DNA of 64,000 nt from Amoebophrya sp. A120. Its lineage: Eukaryota; Protista; Dinoflagellata. Location of the stretch: NCBI GenBank assembly GCA_905178155.1, contig CAJINV010000004.1:11143655-11207654 (forward strand), in the 5' to 3' direction. Shown here in pieces: positions 35,977 through 48,800 of the stretch (its first letter is position 1; the number at the start of each line of letters is the position of its first letter). The position numbers were made by a program, and so were the translations under genes. The notes under the pieces were generated by a model. That model was not told where the DNA came from, made no database searches, and saw nothing but the letters and a program-made list of their open reading frames with translations.

Positions 35977-36314
35977 TTGACTTCTTCCCCATCACTAATT
36001 GGCCGAGACGTTAGTATGCACGCAGAAACCCTCTGGCTCTCCTTGGCAAAAAGACCTGAAGATGAAGATCAACAAGAACATTTTTTACAAAAATAGCTGT
36101 GGACACTGACTTCCGCCATAGCGCAATCGATCACTAATGTATGCTTGCTTCACTTTCACAGAATCATGTCAACACGATCGAATGTTCACAACTGCCTTGT
36201 TTGCACAGGATTTTCCTACACACACAAACACACCCCAACTGGACAAACACACCCCAAAGGCACTAAGTATGGATGAAAAACTGCAGGTGCTTCTTCAAAA
36301 AATATCCTTCTTCT

Positions 36315-39300
36315 TCAGTAGTAATCGTTGTGCGTAATGGGTCTTCGCATGCCGTCGGTGTCCTCCCGGAACTCTCGCAAGAACTGCTTCCCGATGTCCT
36401 TCGCCGCCAGCCACTGCCGGTGCATGTCGGCCTCCCGCTGAAAGTAGATTTTGCGTATCAGCTCAAATAGCCCACTGTCCTCCATCTCCTTCGCGGCCTC
36501 GGGCACTGCCTTCGCGACGTTTCTCAAAGTGAACAGCACGGTGGTCACCACAGAAGCGTTGTTCTGTAGATTTTTGCAACATGATTTTCATCTGTCGGCA
36601 CAAGCTACACAACGCTCGTGCACAAGCACAAGAACGACCTGGTACCGCCCATAGGTGGAATCTTCATCCCCAGAAACGATTCTACCACATGCATCTGAAG
36701 ACACGACGACCATGCTGAAATACTAAGTCCAAACGTTGAACAACCCTTGATAGTATTACAACGCAAGAAGAAGTACCTGGTATTCCGCCAGCACCAGCAG
36801 TCCCATCGCTGCGATCCGCATGGGGTCCGCGTTCAGCGTTTCGCAGATCTGCGGTTTTCTCAAGGTCAGGTTACTGAACAGGCCGAACGCCTGCTCCACA
36901 ATCGCCGTGCACTTGGTGTACTTATCAAATGTAAAAATGTCTGGGTCTGGAAGAGTGACAGACTTGTCATGCAGGTTTTCCATGACCCATGAGGCCTGGT
37001 ATGTAGGACATAGCATGACAGATTCTGCGTTAGGTCTATCATGCCTATCCTGCATGAGAAACTGCCTCTCGATTAGGTCAAAAGTGGAAAGCTTTTGGTA
37101 ATCACGCAACACAGATTTTTACATGATGCAGATTTAGCATGACAAGTTGCATTTTTCCAGACCCAGACATTTTTACATTTGATAGTACTTCCGCAGTACC
37201 AACATGGCGGTTTTCGTGATCTCCGCGTCCGTGTTGGTAAACAGTATAGAAGGAGAAATGGTGATCGCCGACAGTGATCATCTACCAAAGAAAAATCGCA
37301 GCACACCCTCGCGGAGCGGGTTTGTTTTTTAACGGACCGAAAAAATGGCGCAGCTTTTCGCAGAGTGTGGCAGTGTTCACTGCGCACATTATGCGAGCAG
37401 TGCATGCCGGAGATGGGAAAGGCCGACAATGGCCGGACGCTTTGGGGGCCCCAGGTGCTTAGTGTTAGTTTTCATGGTTGCTGGACGCATGAAACCACTC
37501 TTCCCGTCTGGCCACGAGCGCCCACGCGTTTTGGTCGTCGAGCGCTCTTACCTCGGCCGGGGCGCGGCGCTTGAAGAGGGTCGGGGCCATAGCGTAGAGC
37601 CGGTTCGTTTGGAATGCCATCCCCCGCCTGGTTCGGGCCCGGCTCTGTGCCTCGACCTTGCCCGCCTGCCGCGAATGCGTCAAGGCATCGACGGGCCGGG
37701 GGCCCGGTTCACACACTTCAATCCGATGACGGCTGGCTTTTGCGTGCCGCCAAGGGCAGCAAATACACGGAGCCGGCGGAGAAGCGGCTCCGATACGTAC
37801 TAGCAACAAGCAACGGAGGCCATGCCGTCGGTTCTTAATTTGCACCGACGGCACGACGCAGTTTGGTGAAGAGAAAGAACGCGGCGCGACTTTCGCGCCC
37901 CGGCTTCAACATGAAGACGGCGAGGCACCTTGCTGCACGGCCGCGGCAGCTCCTGCGGCGAGTCTCTCATAGTCGGCGCAGGCACGGACCGCGATAGACA
38001 CTCGCTATGCCATCACGCAGGGCCCCGGCCTAGCGCCTGCCAAGAGAGAACAAAGAAAAGGAAAAGCAGCGCCGCCAAATATATATAAACTTCACCCGGC
38101 GACGAAGCGCATGCCACGCCCGGCGCAGCCGCGGAGCCGGCTCACCTGAGAAGAGCGCAGAACCCCCAAAGCAGCCACAGCGCTGCACCGCCTCGAGCCT
38201 GGCTGCCAGTTCCTGCACCGGCCTCGGGCCCTAACTGTGGGCGGCTGCCCCACTTGTAATTTGCAGGCCCAGCCTGGAGCCAGGGCTTCCGGGCCTTCAA
38301 GGAACTGGCGCAGAGCATACTATAGCAAGGCGTTGCTTCTTCATCTTCTTCGACAACGTGCTGCATTTCTCTCAAAGAAACGCGTTGTCGGAAATGAGTG
38401 TCGGAAGACTACAGAAAAACACTGATCTAAATGAGAGTCGAATCACTGATCATGAAACAAAAAGACCCTAGTTGAATGCTGATCATCAAACGACTTTTTT
38501 GATTTGATGATCACCTTTGTTAGCTCGTGGTAATGCTGATCATCAAACGATTTTTTTGATTTGATGATCAGCATTCAACTAGGGTCTTTCTTTCTTTCTT
38601 TCTTTCAATGCCAGGGCATGGCGTCAATTGTTCGAGACCCCAGGGCACTAGGGTCTTTTTTTTTCATGATCAGTGATTCGACTCTCATTTAGATCAGTGT
38701 TTTTCTGTGATCTCATTAGATCAGTGGCGGTTTTCGTGATCTCCGCGTCCGTGTTGGTAAACAGGTCCTTCATGTGGTCGGAAAACGCGAATTGACGCAG
38801 CACGAACAGACACGCGCGCACAATGCTCTGGTGCCCGTAGGACAGCGTGTCCTTGATCAGGGGCAGCACGTTGTCCTCGAACACGAACTTGTGGATGCGC
38901 TCCTGGTGGCACCCGACCTCCTTCATCAGCAGCAACACTCCCTCCAGCCGGTACCACTGATCAGGAGACATGGGGGATTTTTTCGGCTGCTCCGGCAGTT
39001 CGGCAGAACTGCTACTGGAAGTAGCATTATGTGCTGTCTGCTCACCACCGAGATTTTCCTTTTCCAGGTTGTCGTCGATGCTCTGTTTCATGCTCCGAAA
39101 CGAGCGGACGATGATTTCCCTCACCCGCGGGAACCTTTCGCGGTCACACACGTAGTCCCGGTTTTCGACGGCAGACGGCACCATCGACTCCCCGCCGCGG
39201 CTGTCGTCGTCCGTGACAATGGACCGCAGCGCCCAGATGCCCTGGGTTTGCACCTTCGCGCTTTCAGAGAGGTATTCCAGGATTTCTAGGAGCAGGTCGA

Positions 39301-40634
39301 TGGCCTTACCTGCGGAGTTTGGTGGGAATTGAATATTCGTAAAAATCTTGATTTTCGGACTGCTTTTTTGTTTTTGTTTTGCTTTATGCGTATCAAAACG
39401 AAAAGCATATTAGCAATGGAATTGAGATACACATACAAGAACATTTCGAATTTTCGGAACAAAACTCATCTTCACACCTGTCTTGTCGGTCGTCTTTGCC
39501 ATAGTTGGCACAGTCGGATCCAAGCAATCTGTTGCCGCCAAACCCTCAGCGTTGAATTTTCCGGCTATCCGTGCCGCAAGCTGTAGTTCATTAGGTATGT
39601 CCATATTGCAACTACGGCCTGCAGAGTGAAATAGAGGAAAGTAGTTGAAAATGAAATTCTTAGAAGTGGAAGTCGATAAATAATATCGATGCAAAAAACG
39701 GAAAACGAAACACCAACCACGTAATCAGTGGAGGTTCTTCATCGTAATCGTTTCAAAAACGTTAAAAAAAGGTAAAAAGTACTTTTTTGTTCCCGTCGTT
39801 TCCTTGACACAGAGCCTTCAAGCCGCAGCACCCGGCAGCGATACACCTTTCCAGAAGTTCCTTTCTTTCTCCCGACACCGGCTTTCCGTCGGTCGGACTC
39901 GCGAGACAGTGGAACGTCGCTTCCACGAAGCCGACGACTTCTTCGACCGCGCCCTCGTCCCGTAGTGCGCCGCGATTCAGGTTGCTGCGGTGGCAGACGC
40001 CCTTAAGGCTCTGACAGAAGGCGATCATTGCCTTGCGGTACTTCACGTCAAAAGCGGACTCCGGCGTCAGGTGCGGGATCAGCTCCGAGCTCACTGGCTC
40101 CTTGTACTCGTCGAGACTCGACGGGTTTACTGGCTTCGTTGTGGCCGTTGTGTCTTCCGGAATGGCGTTGAGCGGTTCAGAAGCTGCTGCAGTTTTGACT
40201 TCTTCGTCGTCGTCCGCAATCAAGTTCTTCTTCTTTGTAAACTCGTCAATGAACTTCGCTTCGGCAGCCGTCAGCTCCCCTTCATCCAGGTACATGTGGG
40301 GTTCCCGCACGACCTCGCACATCCCCGTGATTCCGTCAAAGTCGCACACCGCCTCTCTTTCGCCCTCCTTGGCGAAGGCGAGCCGCCCGATCTGGTCCAA
40401 AACGCCCGCAACCTCCTCCAGATTCCGCCCCCGCTTCGCGTCGGCCAGCAGATCGAGGAGCTCCATCATGTCGTCCGTGGTTGTCTCTTCAACGACGTCC
40501 TCGGGTGCCGCCGCGGCCTCTTCAAGCAGCTGCTCTGTCGCGTCCTCGAGCGGCGCAACGGGATCTCCATCTTTCGCCGCGCCGGACGAAGGCGCAGTCA
40601 CTCCAGGAGAGACCGCGTCGAGCACGGTCGGCAT
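36315..40634 (-). CDS. Armadillo-repeat protein (ARMC6-like), multi-exon
   Basis: Helical ARM-like segments (CGLKALCQGND, ALRSIVTDDDSR, LRQFAFSD, LFSNLTLRKP, TLRNVA, DIGKQFLREF); canonical introns plus an introner and a 1.48-kb insert. Confidence 0.7.
36923..37184. mobile_element. Introner, subfamily B
   Basis: Near-perfect TIR tatcaaatgtaaaaatgtctgggtctggaa; direct repeat gtact; excision gives LRKYTKC. Confidence 0.92.
37245..38724. other. 1,480-bp insertion flanked by a 40-bp duplication of coding sequence
   Basis: tggcggttttcgtgatctccgcgtccgtgttggtaaacag at 37205-37244 and 38725-38764. Confidence 0.85.
38411..38708. mobile_element. MITE-like foldback with nested inverted repeats
   Basis: ~62-bp IR acagaaaaacactgatctaaatgagagtcgaatcactgatcatgaaa..gaccctagt; inner IR gaccctagttgaatgctgatcatcaaa; (tttc)n tract; no clear TSD. 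Confidence 0.7.
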
Positions 40635-42886
40635 TATTTTTTTACGTCGGAGGTTTGCGTACTTTTTTACCAAAATATATTAGGCAGGTGCTGTACGTGA
40701 ACGCGCACTAATAGTACCCGCAGCGAAAAATGATCTGCAGCTGCTTTAACCATATTCATGATGAACAGCAACAGACTGGAAAGCAATGTTTTTTCGTTCC
40801 AAACAACAAAGAACAAACTGATAATTGACCTGGTAATACGTAGCAAAATAGGAACTTTGACTTTCTTTTTTCGCTATGATGCAGCCTAAGTTGCATCCAA
40901 CTCGACGACGCTCCATTCATTCGTAGAAAATGGCGCCCCTTTCGCGCTGCTCAATCTCATGCTATTGTGCTGGTTTTTTCTCGTCCGGTGAACTCTATTA
41001 CAACATCTTTTGCAAAGTAGTTCTGCCTCGTCTACAGAAAGTAACTGGGTTGTTGCAATAAATGCTGACGAACAACGACAGAACGGCCGCTCTCACTCTC
41101 TAATCAGTTATCGTGACGGGCTTGTTCCTTCACGACACAACCTGCCCTCCAACGGAGCTCAGCGGCTGAGTGTAGTTAGACTCTTCCATTTAGAAATTTT
41201 TTGTGATTCATTTTTATACGTGGATTTCTTTCATTGTACAAAATAACCGACAGAGGTGGAGCAAATTATCACCAAATTTGTGCACAGTGAGATGAAAAAG
41301 CTGACATCAAGCAGTAGCGGAAGCACATGTGAACTAAATAAAATAAATGTTAAGTGATTCTTAATACGTGTCATCAAAATGGAAGTGTGATTGTGAAAAG
41401 GTAAATTTTCTATCGCATTCATTATGCAGTAGACCAGCGAAAATGCATGGCTTGCATTTGTAAAAGTTAAAGTGTATACAGCACAAACTTTGCGTATAGA
41501 AAATGAAAAATAAATCAATCAGTAGTAAGCAGCACAGATTGCAGCACCGGTCGTGTCTAATCAATCTAAATCTTTCACTACAGCATGCGCATGAGATAAC
41601 TCAACATGCGACACTGCATTGGACAATGTGGCGCAGAAGCAACCACCAACGATCACCTTCAATCATGCACAATTGTATTTAGCGGTAATAAATGAAAACA
41701 AAGCAACGATTCATATTTGTTCCATTTCGAACTTGGAGGGTCTGGTACAGCTTTCGCTATTCGCCTTTGCTTCAGCGTCTATCGAATAAAGGATTCGCTT
41801 TTTTTTTGCTGCGTTGTAAAATGAAGGAACAGCAACCTGTTGCACATCAGGTTTAGCCGCCCGAAGGCAGGAGTCACCACATAGTACCAACCACGTCAAA
41901 TCCTGAATTTCCCTTGCCCCGGCCTGTTGCTTTGCTTCAGGAGTTTCATCTCTCTCGGATTTGGATGCAGCGGAACTCCCTGCGCGGGGGGTTGCTGCGG
42001 AAATGGCCCAATATCTTCTTCTGCAACCGGGACTGTTGCTATCCACAGAAAATCAATGTCAATTGTTCTTTTCCCGTGCGCATGCAAATCATGTTGACAG
42101 GCCGAATGCATGAAAAGGGCTGCAAGGCTCTTCTACAGCTTCTCCTCAACAGTACACAGACACTACAACATCCAGTACCTGGATTTGGTCTATTTTTGAC
42201 GCCTGCTGCGGCTATGTCTATGCGTGATCGCTCCTGCAGCTTCTGTGCGCGTTCGTGTATCTGTATCTATGGTATTTGTATTCGACAAAATTGACATTGG
42301 AATTTTTTTTGCATAGGTGCGATCCTGTTCCAGTGGTGGTGCAGTGGGTGGCCGGGCTTGGTTCGGTGGTGCGGCGAGGAGGCGCGGAGCTTCTCCAGGT
42401 TGTCTCGGGCCTTCGGCGAGTCCCACTCGATATCCGTGCTCGGGACCGGGGAGGACCGCTCCGAGACTATCTCCACGATCTCTTGCTCGACAACTTTCTC
42501 TTCCTCCGACCCACTGCTGAACAGGTTGAAGACGTCGAAGCCACCGAGCAAACCACGCTTTTTCTTCTGGCCCTCGCGGGGGCTGGACGGTTCAGAGGAG
42601 CTGGGATCCAATTCGGAGGCAATTTTGCTGTAGTTTGAATTTGATGTTTGTAGTACAACCATCTGACATGCAGTTTCGTTTCCTCAAGCACATGTTGTAC
42701 TTTCGCAGCAACTCGGCGAGAGAGACCGGTGATCCGCATAAAAACTAAAAAGAAGTTGGGCGGGAACGAACCAACAAACTGGACTCGAATGTTGTAGATG
42801 AAATATGTGAAATATCGGAAATGCTCCATGTCTGGCCCAAAGTCACTTCGGGGGCAACATACAGTATACAGATTGAAGCATCGGCA

Positions 42887-45800
42887 TCAAAATATAAAAC
42901 TGTACTTTTTCTCCTTCGCATCCTGTACTAATACCACGGTGGCCCATATGGTGACGCCTAGAATCAGAGCCGCGCCGCTGCCAACCAGCACCACGCCCCA
43001 CCACGGTAGCCCGAGGAACTCCCACTCCGGCTCCGGCACGGGCGCCTTCGTGCTCGTCGTCGTCGTGGTTGGCAAGAGGATCACGCCCACCGACGGCGCG
43101 GTGTTCGTCGCGCTGGCCCGCGCCTCGCTGATGGTGAACCCTGTAATCGTCGGATCGTTGGCCACGGCGGTCTGCACGGACGTGAGCAGTGCGCTCAGCT
43201 CCGCATCGGTCTCCAGGGTCATGGTCTGCGCCTTGGCGGACGCGGCCTCGGGCGTGGCGAAGCCCTTCAACCTGTAGTCGAATTCTACCGGTTTTGGCAC
43301 GTTGTGCGACAGCAAACGACTGCGAGTCGTTTCTGCATCCTCCTGGCTTACTTTCTTGTTTCCCGCAAGCTGCAAATGACGCGGCTCCAGTGCGCCAGAG
43401 CTTGTGTAAGCCACTGGTGCTGGTGTTGACGATGACAAAACCAAAAGTCGTTCTTTTTCTTCAGTTTCCTCTACGCCTTGCGCTGTTGACAATTTCCTCT
43501 GTAAAACCTGTTGATTCCGACCATTAGCATGGTCGTGCAGCTTTTGGTGTACTAGCTCTACTTGTGGAACAGCATGACCACCTGGAGATGTTGATGATGT
43601 TCTTACGTCCCGCGGGTCCCAGCGCTCTATAGTTTCAATGTCGACAGCTGCACTACTGGCACTGCTTCGAAGATGGTTAGACCTGGTTGCCTTCTCATTC
43701 TCCACCTCGGCTGCCCCTTGCTGTTTTTTTTGTCCTCGTCCCCCGTCTGCACCAGCAAGCTGCACAGCAGAATTGGCTTCTTCTACTCCACCACGACCTA
43801 TCAGTGACCGCCTGCGTTCTGTGATAAACCGCATTGCTATTATCTCGATCAGTGCGGGTACCACGCCGAGAAAGTCTGCCAAGCCCGTCTGCAACGCGGG
43901 CCCCAGCGAGCTGATCAGCTGCGCCTCCGTGGTGCCCTGTGGAATTGTCATGACCAACTGCGCGGACGCCTCCACGCTGTAGCCCTCCACGGTGGCTGCG
44001 TCGACGTTGGCCACAGCCTCGCTGACGCCGAAGGGGAGAGCCGTGTAGGTCGACGTGGTGGTGTATCAAGTGGAAAAATGTCTGGGTCTGGAAACTTGTG
44101 ATGCTGGGTGGCGTCTCATGATGAGGCCACAAGTGCTGGCTCAGCATGACAAGTTTCTGAGCTTCTAGGTGTTGCCTATTCTGCATGACAGACTGCGTTT
44201 CTGCATCACAGAAAAGCGGAGCTCTTGGGTAACGTGCATGTCAGATTTAAGAGTCATGCCAGACAAGCATGACAAACATGCATTCCTTCAGACCCAGACA
44301 TTTTTGCAATTCATATGGTGGTCGTGGTGGACGTGAGCGTCACCGTCGTACTGGTCGACGTCGTTGTCGTCGTGCTGGTAACCGTGATGGTGGTGCTCGA
44401 CGTTGTCGTGGTGGTTGAGGTCACAAGGACGGTTTCATTCGTCAGGTTCGTCCCGTTTGCTGATCCGTTCAGAGGACCGAAGAAAACCCCCATAATATCA
44501 TCAACATCGTCGTCGATGACAAGCAGAATTGCACTGTCGTTACTGACATTCTGCGTGCCGTTCGATGTTGCTCCCGTACCATTTGGAGCGCCTGACCCCG
44601 CGTCTATATCGTCGTCAAACGCGACAGAGCTGGCGGTGGTTTCGTTGGAGCCGTTTTGAGAGGACGCTGGCGCGGTAAAATTCGAGTCATCCTCTTCGTT
44701 GAGCACGTCGTTCCAATTGTAGGAGACTTTCGTCTGGTTCATGCATTGCAAAAGAATCGTCCAAGTCTAGTAAGTCGCACGTAAACATAAAAAAGGTCTT
44801 TGTTATGATGCGGGTTCAGAGAAAGATGAAGCAGATCTATTGCCATGTTGCAACTACACCCTTGGCAGTTCATACGAGTTGTACGATACTTTTGCAATGG
44901 ATATGGTTCACCAGTGTGCAGTTGGAGGAATTATCACTCGTATTCGTGTCGTTGCTGCAGTTGCTACCCGGCAAAAAGTCGAGCACGTAGGAAACCTCTG
45001 GCGCCGGCGTCGTCGTCGTTATGGTCGTGGTGGACGTCGAGGTCGTGCTGGTCGTCACGGTTGTGGTGGTGGTGGAGGTGCTCGTGGTTGTGCTCGTCGA
45101 GGTGGTCGTGCTGGTAGTGGTCGTGGTGGAAGTTGTGGTGGAGGTTGTCGTCGTCGTCGTGGTATTCACTGCCTCGGCGCTAGACGACGAGGTGCTCGCT
45201 GCTGTCGTGGCGAACGCGGAAACAAAATCGTTCCGTTCCAGCTCCCCCTGGTGGTAGCCCCCGGTGACGTGCGGGGGCCGCTCGTAGTTGCACACTATGT
45301 CCACCGGCTGACACGTAATCGCCCCCGTGATTTGCGTGTTCGAGAAGCCGGTCGGCGTGGTGCCGGCAAGAAGCACGTTGGAGTTCGCCACGAGGCTTGT
45401 GACGCCAGTACTCGTGTCCTTGCGGCAAATGCCGATCTGCGCCAGCGTACCCTGGTAATTGTAGTCGAATCCGGTAATTTGCGGCTGGAGAATGTCGGGG
45501 GAAATTCCATACACCGTGTACTCCGTCGTGTTGTAGTACGGATTCGAGCCGCAATCCGTGTGGTAACACACGGGAACCGCGGTGCTGCTACTGGGCACGG
45601 AAAAAACCCCGACACCCGCTGTAGTGGTGCGCAGAAGTTTTTCTTTTTACTGAGCATGAATTCAGTTATACATGAATGAATCAAGTGTGAACAATCATCT
45701 CATGATGAGATGATGAATCTTCACGATCACATTATTTTTTCAAAACACGACCTGGTCTCTTATCCTTCAATGGTAAAAAAAAGTGCAAATTCGTCAGGCG

Positions 45801-48800
45801 TACGGACGCTGATGGCGGCCCGAAAGTTGGACATGAAGCTGTAGCTGCTGTTTCCTGGTATTTGGTGGTAGTAATTTAGGTAGTAGGTCGTGCCCGAAAT
45901 CGTGCCTTGCGTGGTGAAGTAGAATTTGGTCAAGTCCTGGCAGTAGGTTCCGGTGATGCTGGTATCGTAAAACGGACAGTAGTCTAGAAGCGAGCTGGAC
46001 CCGCCCTGGTTGCTCGCACCGGAAAAGTACTGGAACTTTGTTGGCAAAGCGGATCCATAGCTCGAAACTGTGCAACGCCTGACGCTCAACGCGCGGGCGG
46101 AAGGACGGTCCACCCCGTTGGTATTGCAAAACTCATGGAAGTTCTGATTTGTCGATTAGATTTGTTCTGCTCGCAGTATTGTTACACACTCTTCATCCGC
46201 TGGCGACGAGCAGCAGTCGCATGAAATTCATGCGCATACATTAGACATACGTAGTCGTTCAACTTCCAATGGCCTCTAAAAATAAAACTCGATGTCACGT
46301 CGACGCCCAAAGCGGACGAGTCAACTGTAATTCAAGTCGAAGCGGAAGTGACGAGCTACAACTACTTCATTTAGTTTCTAGATCCAGTACCGTACTACAA
46401 CAGGTACTTTTAAACAAAAATCAATACTGTAGTCCCGCTGGTGAGGCAGGTTCCTGTGATAAACTCGCATCCCCTGTTGTACCCCCAGTGCAGGTCTTCG
46501 ATGGGTTTCGTATCGCACGATAAAAGTGCTTCACGGTATACGAAAATCGTGGAAAGTTGGCATCACAAGTTTGCTTTCCTGCACGGTGTTGCACATGCTC
46601 ATGCATGTGGTGTTCTTGCCCAACAAATTTACAGAGAAGCACATACACAAATACTTTTATTTTCTTGCGATATTTTGACGCCCGCGTGTAGTCGGGTTTG
46701 TACCAGCCACTGTCTTCGGCCAAAGCTAGAGTCATGGTCGAGAGCCAGTTGTAGTCGCAGCCCATGCCGCCGCTGGGGACCATGAGCTCGCAGTGCACGG
46801 ATTTCTGTTCCCAGTGCGAGGCCACCGGAGAGCAGGACCCCGTGTCCGACGCTTCGAGCGGCGCGCCGGTTAGACTCGAGCAGTTAAAGTACTCACGGGC
46901 CTTTTCCTGCACCTTCGGGGTAACCAAGTCGAAGGCGCACTTCGGGTTGGTCTGATAGGTCGTCAAGCAGTCGGCCCAATCGGTGACGCTGTAGCTGGTC
47001 GGGTTCGCCTTCACGTTCGTCGGGCACTTGCACTCTGACGTGGTAAAACCGCCGTGCGCTGCGAGGCCTGCTATACCATCGTCGGAATCAAACAGGTCGT
47101 GCGTCCTGTGATTTTGTTTTTTCGTGGCGTTTGCTTTTAGTGCAATGGTTTTCTGAAAGAATTGCTATCAACAGGGAGCTTCTTCTATGTCTTCTCTCAT
47201 CTTCTTTTATTTTTTTTGTATGGATCGCTAGGTGCAAAGCTTTCTAGGAAAAGAGTTACCCATGCCAAGCTTCAGTCAAACAAAATCAGGGAAAAGCGGC
47301 ACTTTCTAGCAGGAAAAAACGCAGCTGCGCATGCAGGCTGCAGGAGGCAGAGTAACAGTCGCTATGCCTTGCTTCTTCGGAGAAAACAGGTATAGATAGC
47401 AGGAAAATAAGAAAAAAGTGTGCCACTTCGCAGCATACAAACAACAAATATAAGCACATTCACGCCTGCTTTTGCAATTTGCATGCAAGTTCATAAACTT
47501 GTTCAACTTTTACTTTTGCAACCCTCACGCAACAGAGATAAAATCATAATCTCGTCATCTAATCTCTCGCACAGCGGAGCGATGGTCCTACAAAAATTCT
47601 CCAGACAACCATACACGTGGCGCCAAGGAAGAGCATTCAAATCCTTGCAACATGCAGATCAGAATATTCAGATTTCAAATTCAAAAAAATAGTACTACTC
47701 AACCGAAGATATGAATTTCAATACCAGATGCTTCCTCCGCTGTTATCGTTCCAGGTGACACTCCCTGAGGAACTGCACGAGAACCGTGTCGTTGTCACGG
47801 AGTCCACTGCCGAAGCGGGCGAAATGCGCAAATTTCCCCGGTCGTCCCGGAAGTAGGGGTAAAACGACGCTGAGAAGTAGATTGCGTGGATCACTTCGTG
47901 CACGCTCGTCGAAACGACGTCGTCGAGCTTCGCGAGCGTGGAGATACTCGTGTACCCGCCGTTGTCCTGGTTCGTGTTGGTGAGGGTGCAAAAGGTGACG
48001 GTGCCGAACATGGGTTTCCCGCACTGGTCCTTGACGCACGCGCCCGCGTACGCCTGCGTTCCCGAGCTCGCGCTGCAGCCCGAGCCCTGGAGGTCGATGT
48101 AGAGATAGAAGTCCGCGTCCTCCACGGCCTCCCCCGTTGTGGTGGCGGTGTTAAACGTGGCTACACTGGAGAGGCAGGATTGCCGGTAGACGTCCGGGTA
48201 CAGGCGGTCTCGGGTGGTGAACCTCCGCGTTTGAAACGTCGTGCTGAAAAAGGAGAGGGTGAGGGTCAACACTTCAGACTCGAGGCGCGAAACAAAATCC
48301 TGCACCCGGCTGTCGTAGTTGCTCGCCGTATAGTTACTGACCTTACTCGCCACCCCGCCACTGATCTCGATCAATTCGTACTTGATCCGCATATTCCCCC
48401 ACCCGCTGCTGTGATCTTCATACAGGTGTGCGCAAGTCGTGTTGTCTGCCTCGGTCAGCATTCGTTGCTGGTTCATCTTGTCCACCTCCTCGCCAAGACC
48501 TGCTGGTGCGACGAAGGGGTTGAGCGCATGAGTATACTTCTTGTTCATCACACTGCTCTCTTCTACGGAGTTCTTGGTTTCGGTGTAGTCGTGTGCGTCC
48601 AACGACCTCCTGGCCAGATGGTTCCCGTCATGGCTCGGGTCCTCGTCTTGGCCGTGGTAGTACGTCGGCACGCGGCTCCAGTCAACCATGTGCTGTGCAG
48701 AGCCGCGGACGCCGGGTAGCAGAAGGCTTCTTTTTGTTTTTCCGTAGTTGTGCACATGGTCCTCCTGACCATGTGTGGAAAAAAACACAGACCCCGCATC

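Noticed and set aside
37800-37857. Hairpin plus CTAG as a Helitron 3' end
   Set aside because: Spacing is atypical, no matching 5' end was found, and Helitrons do not make target duplications
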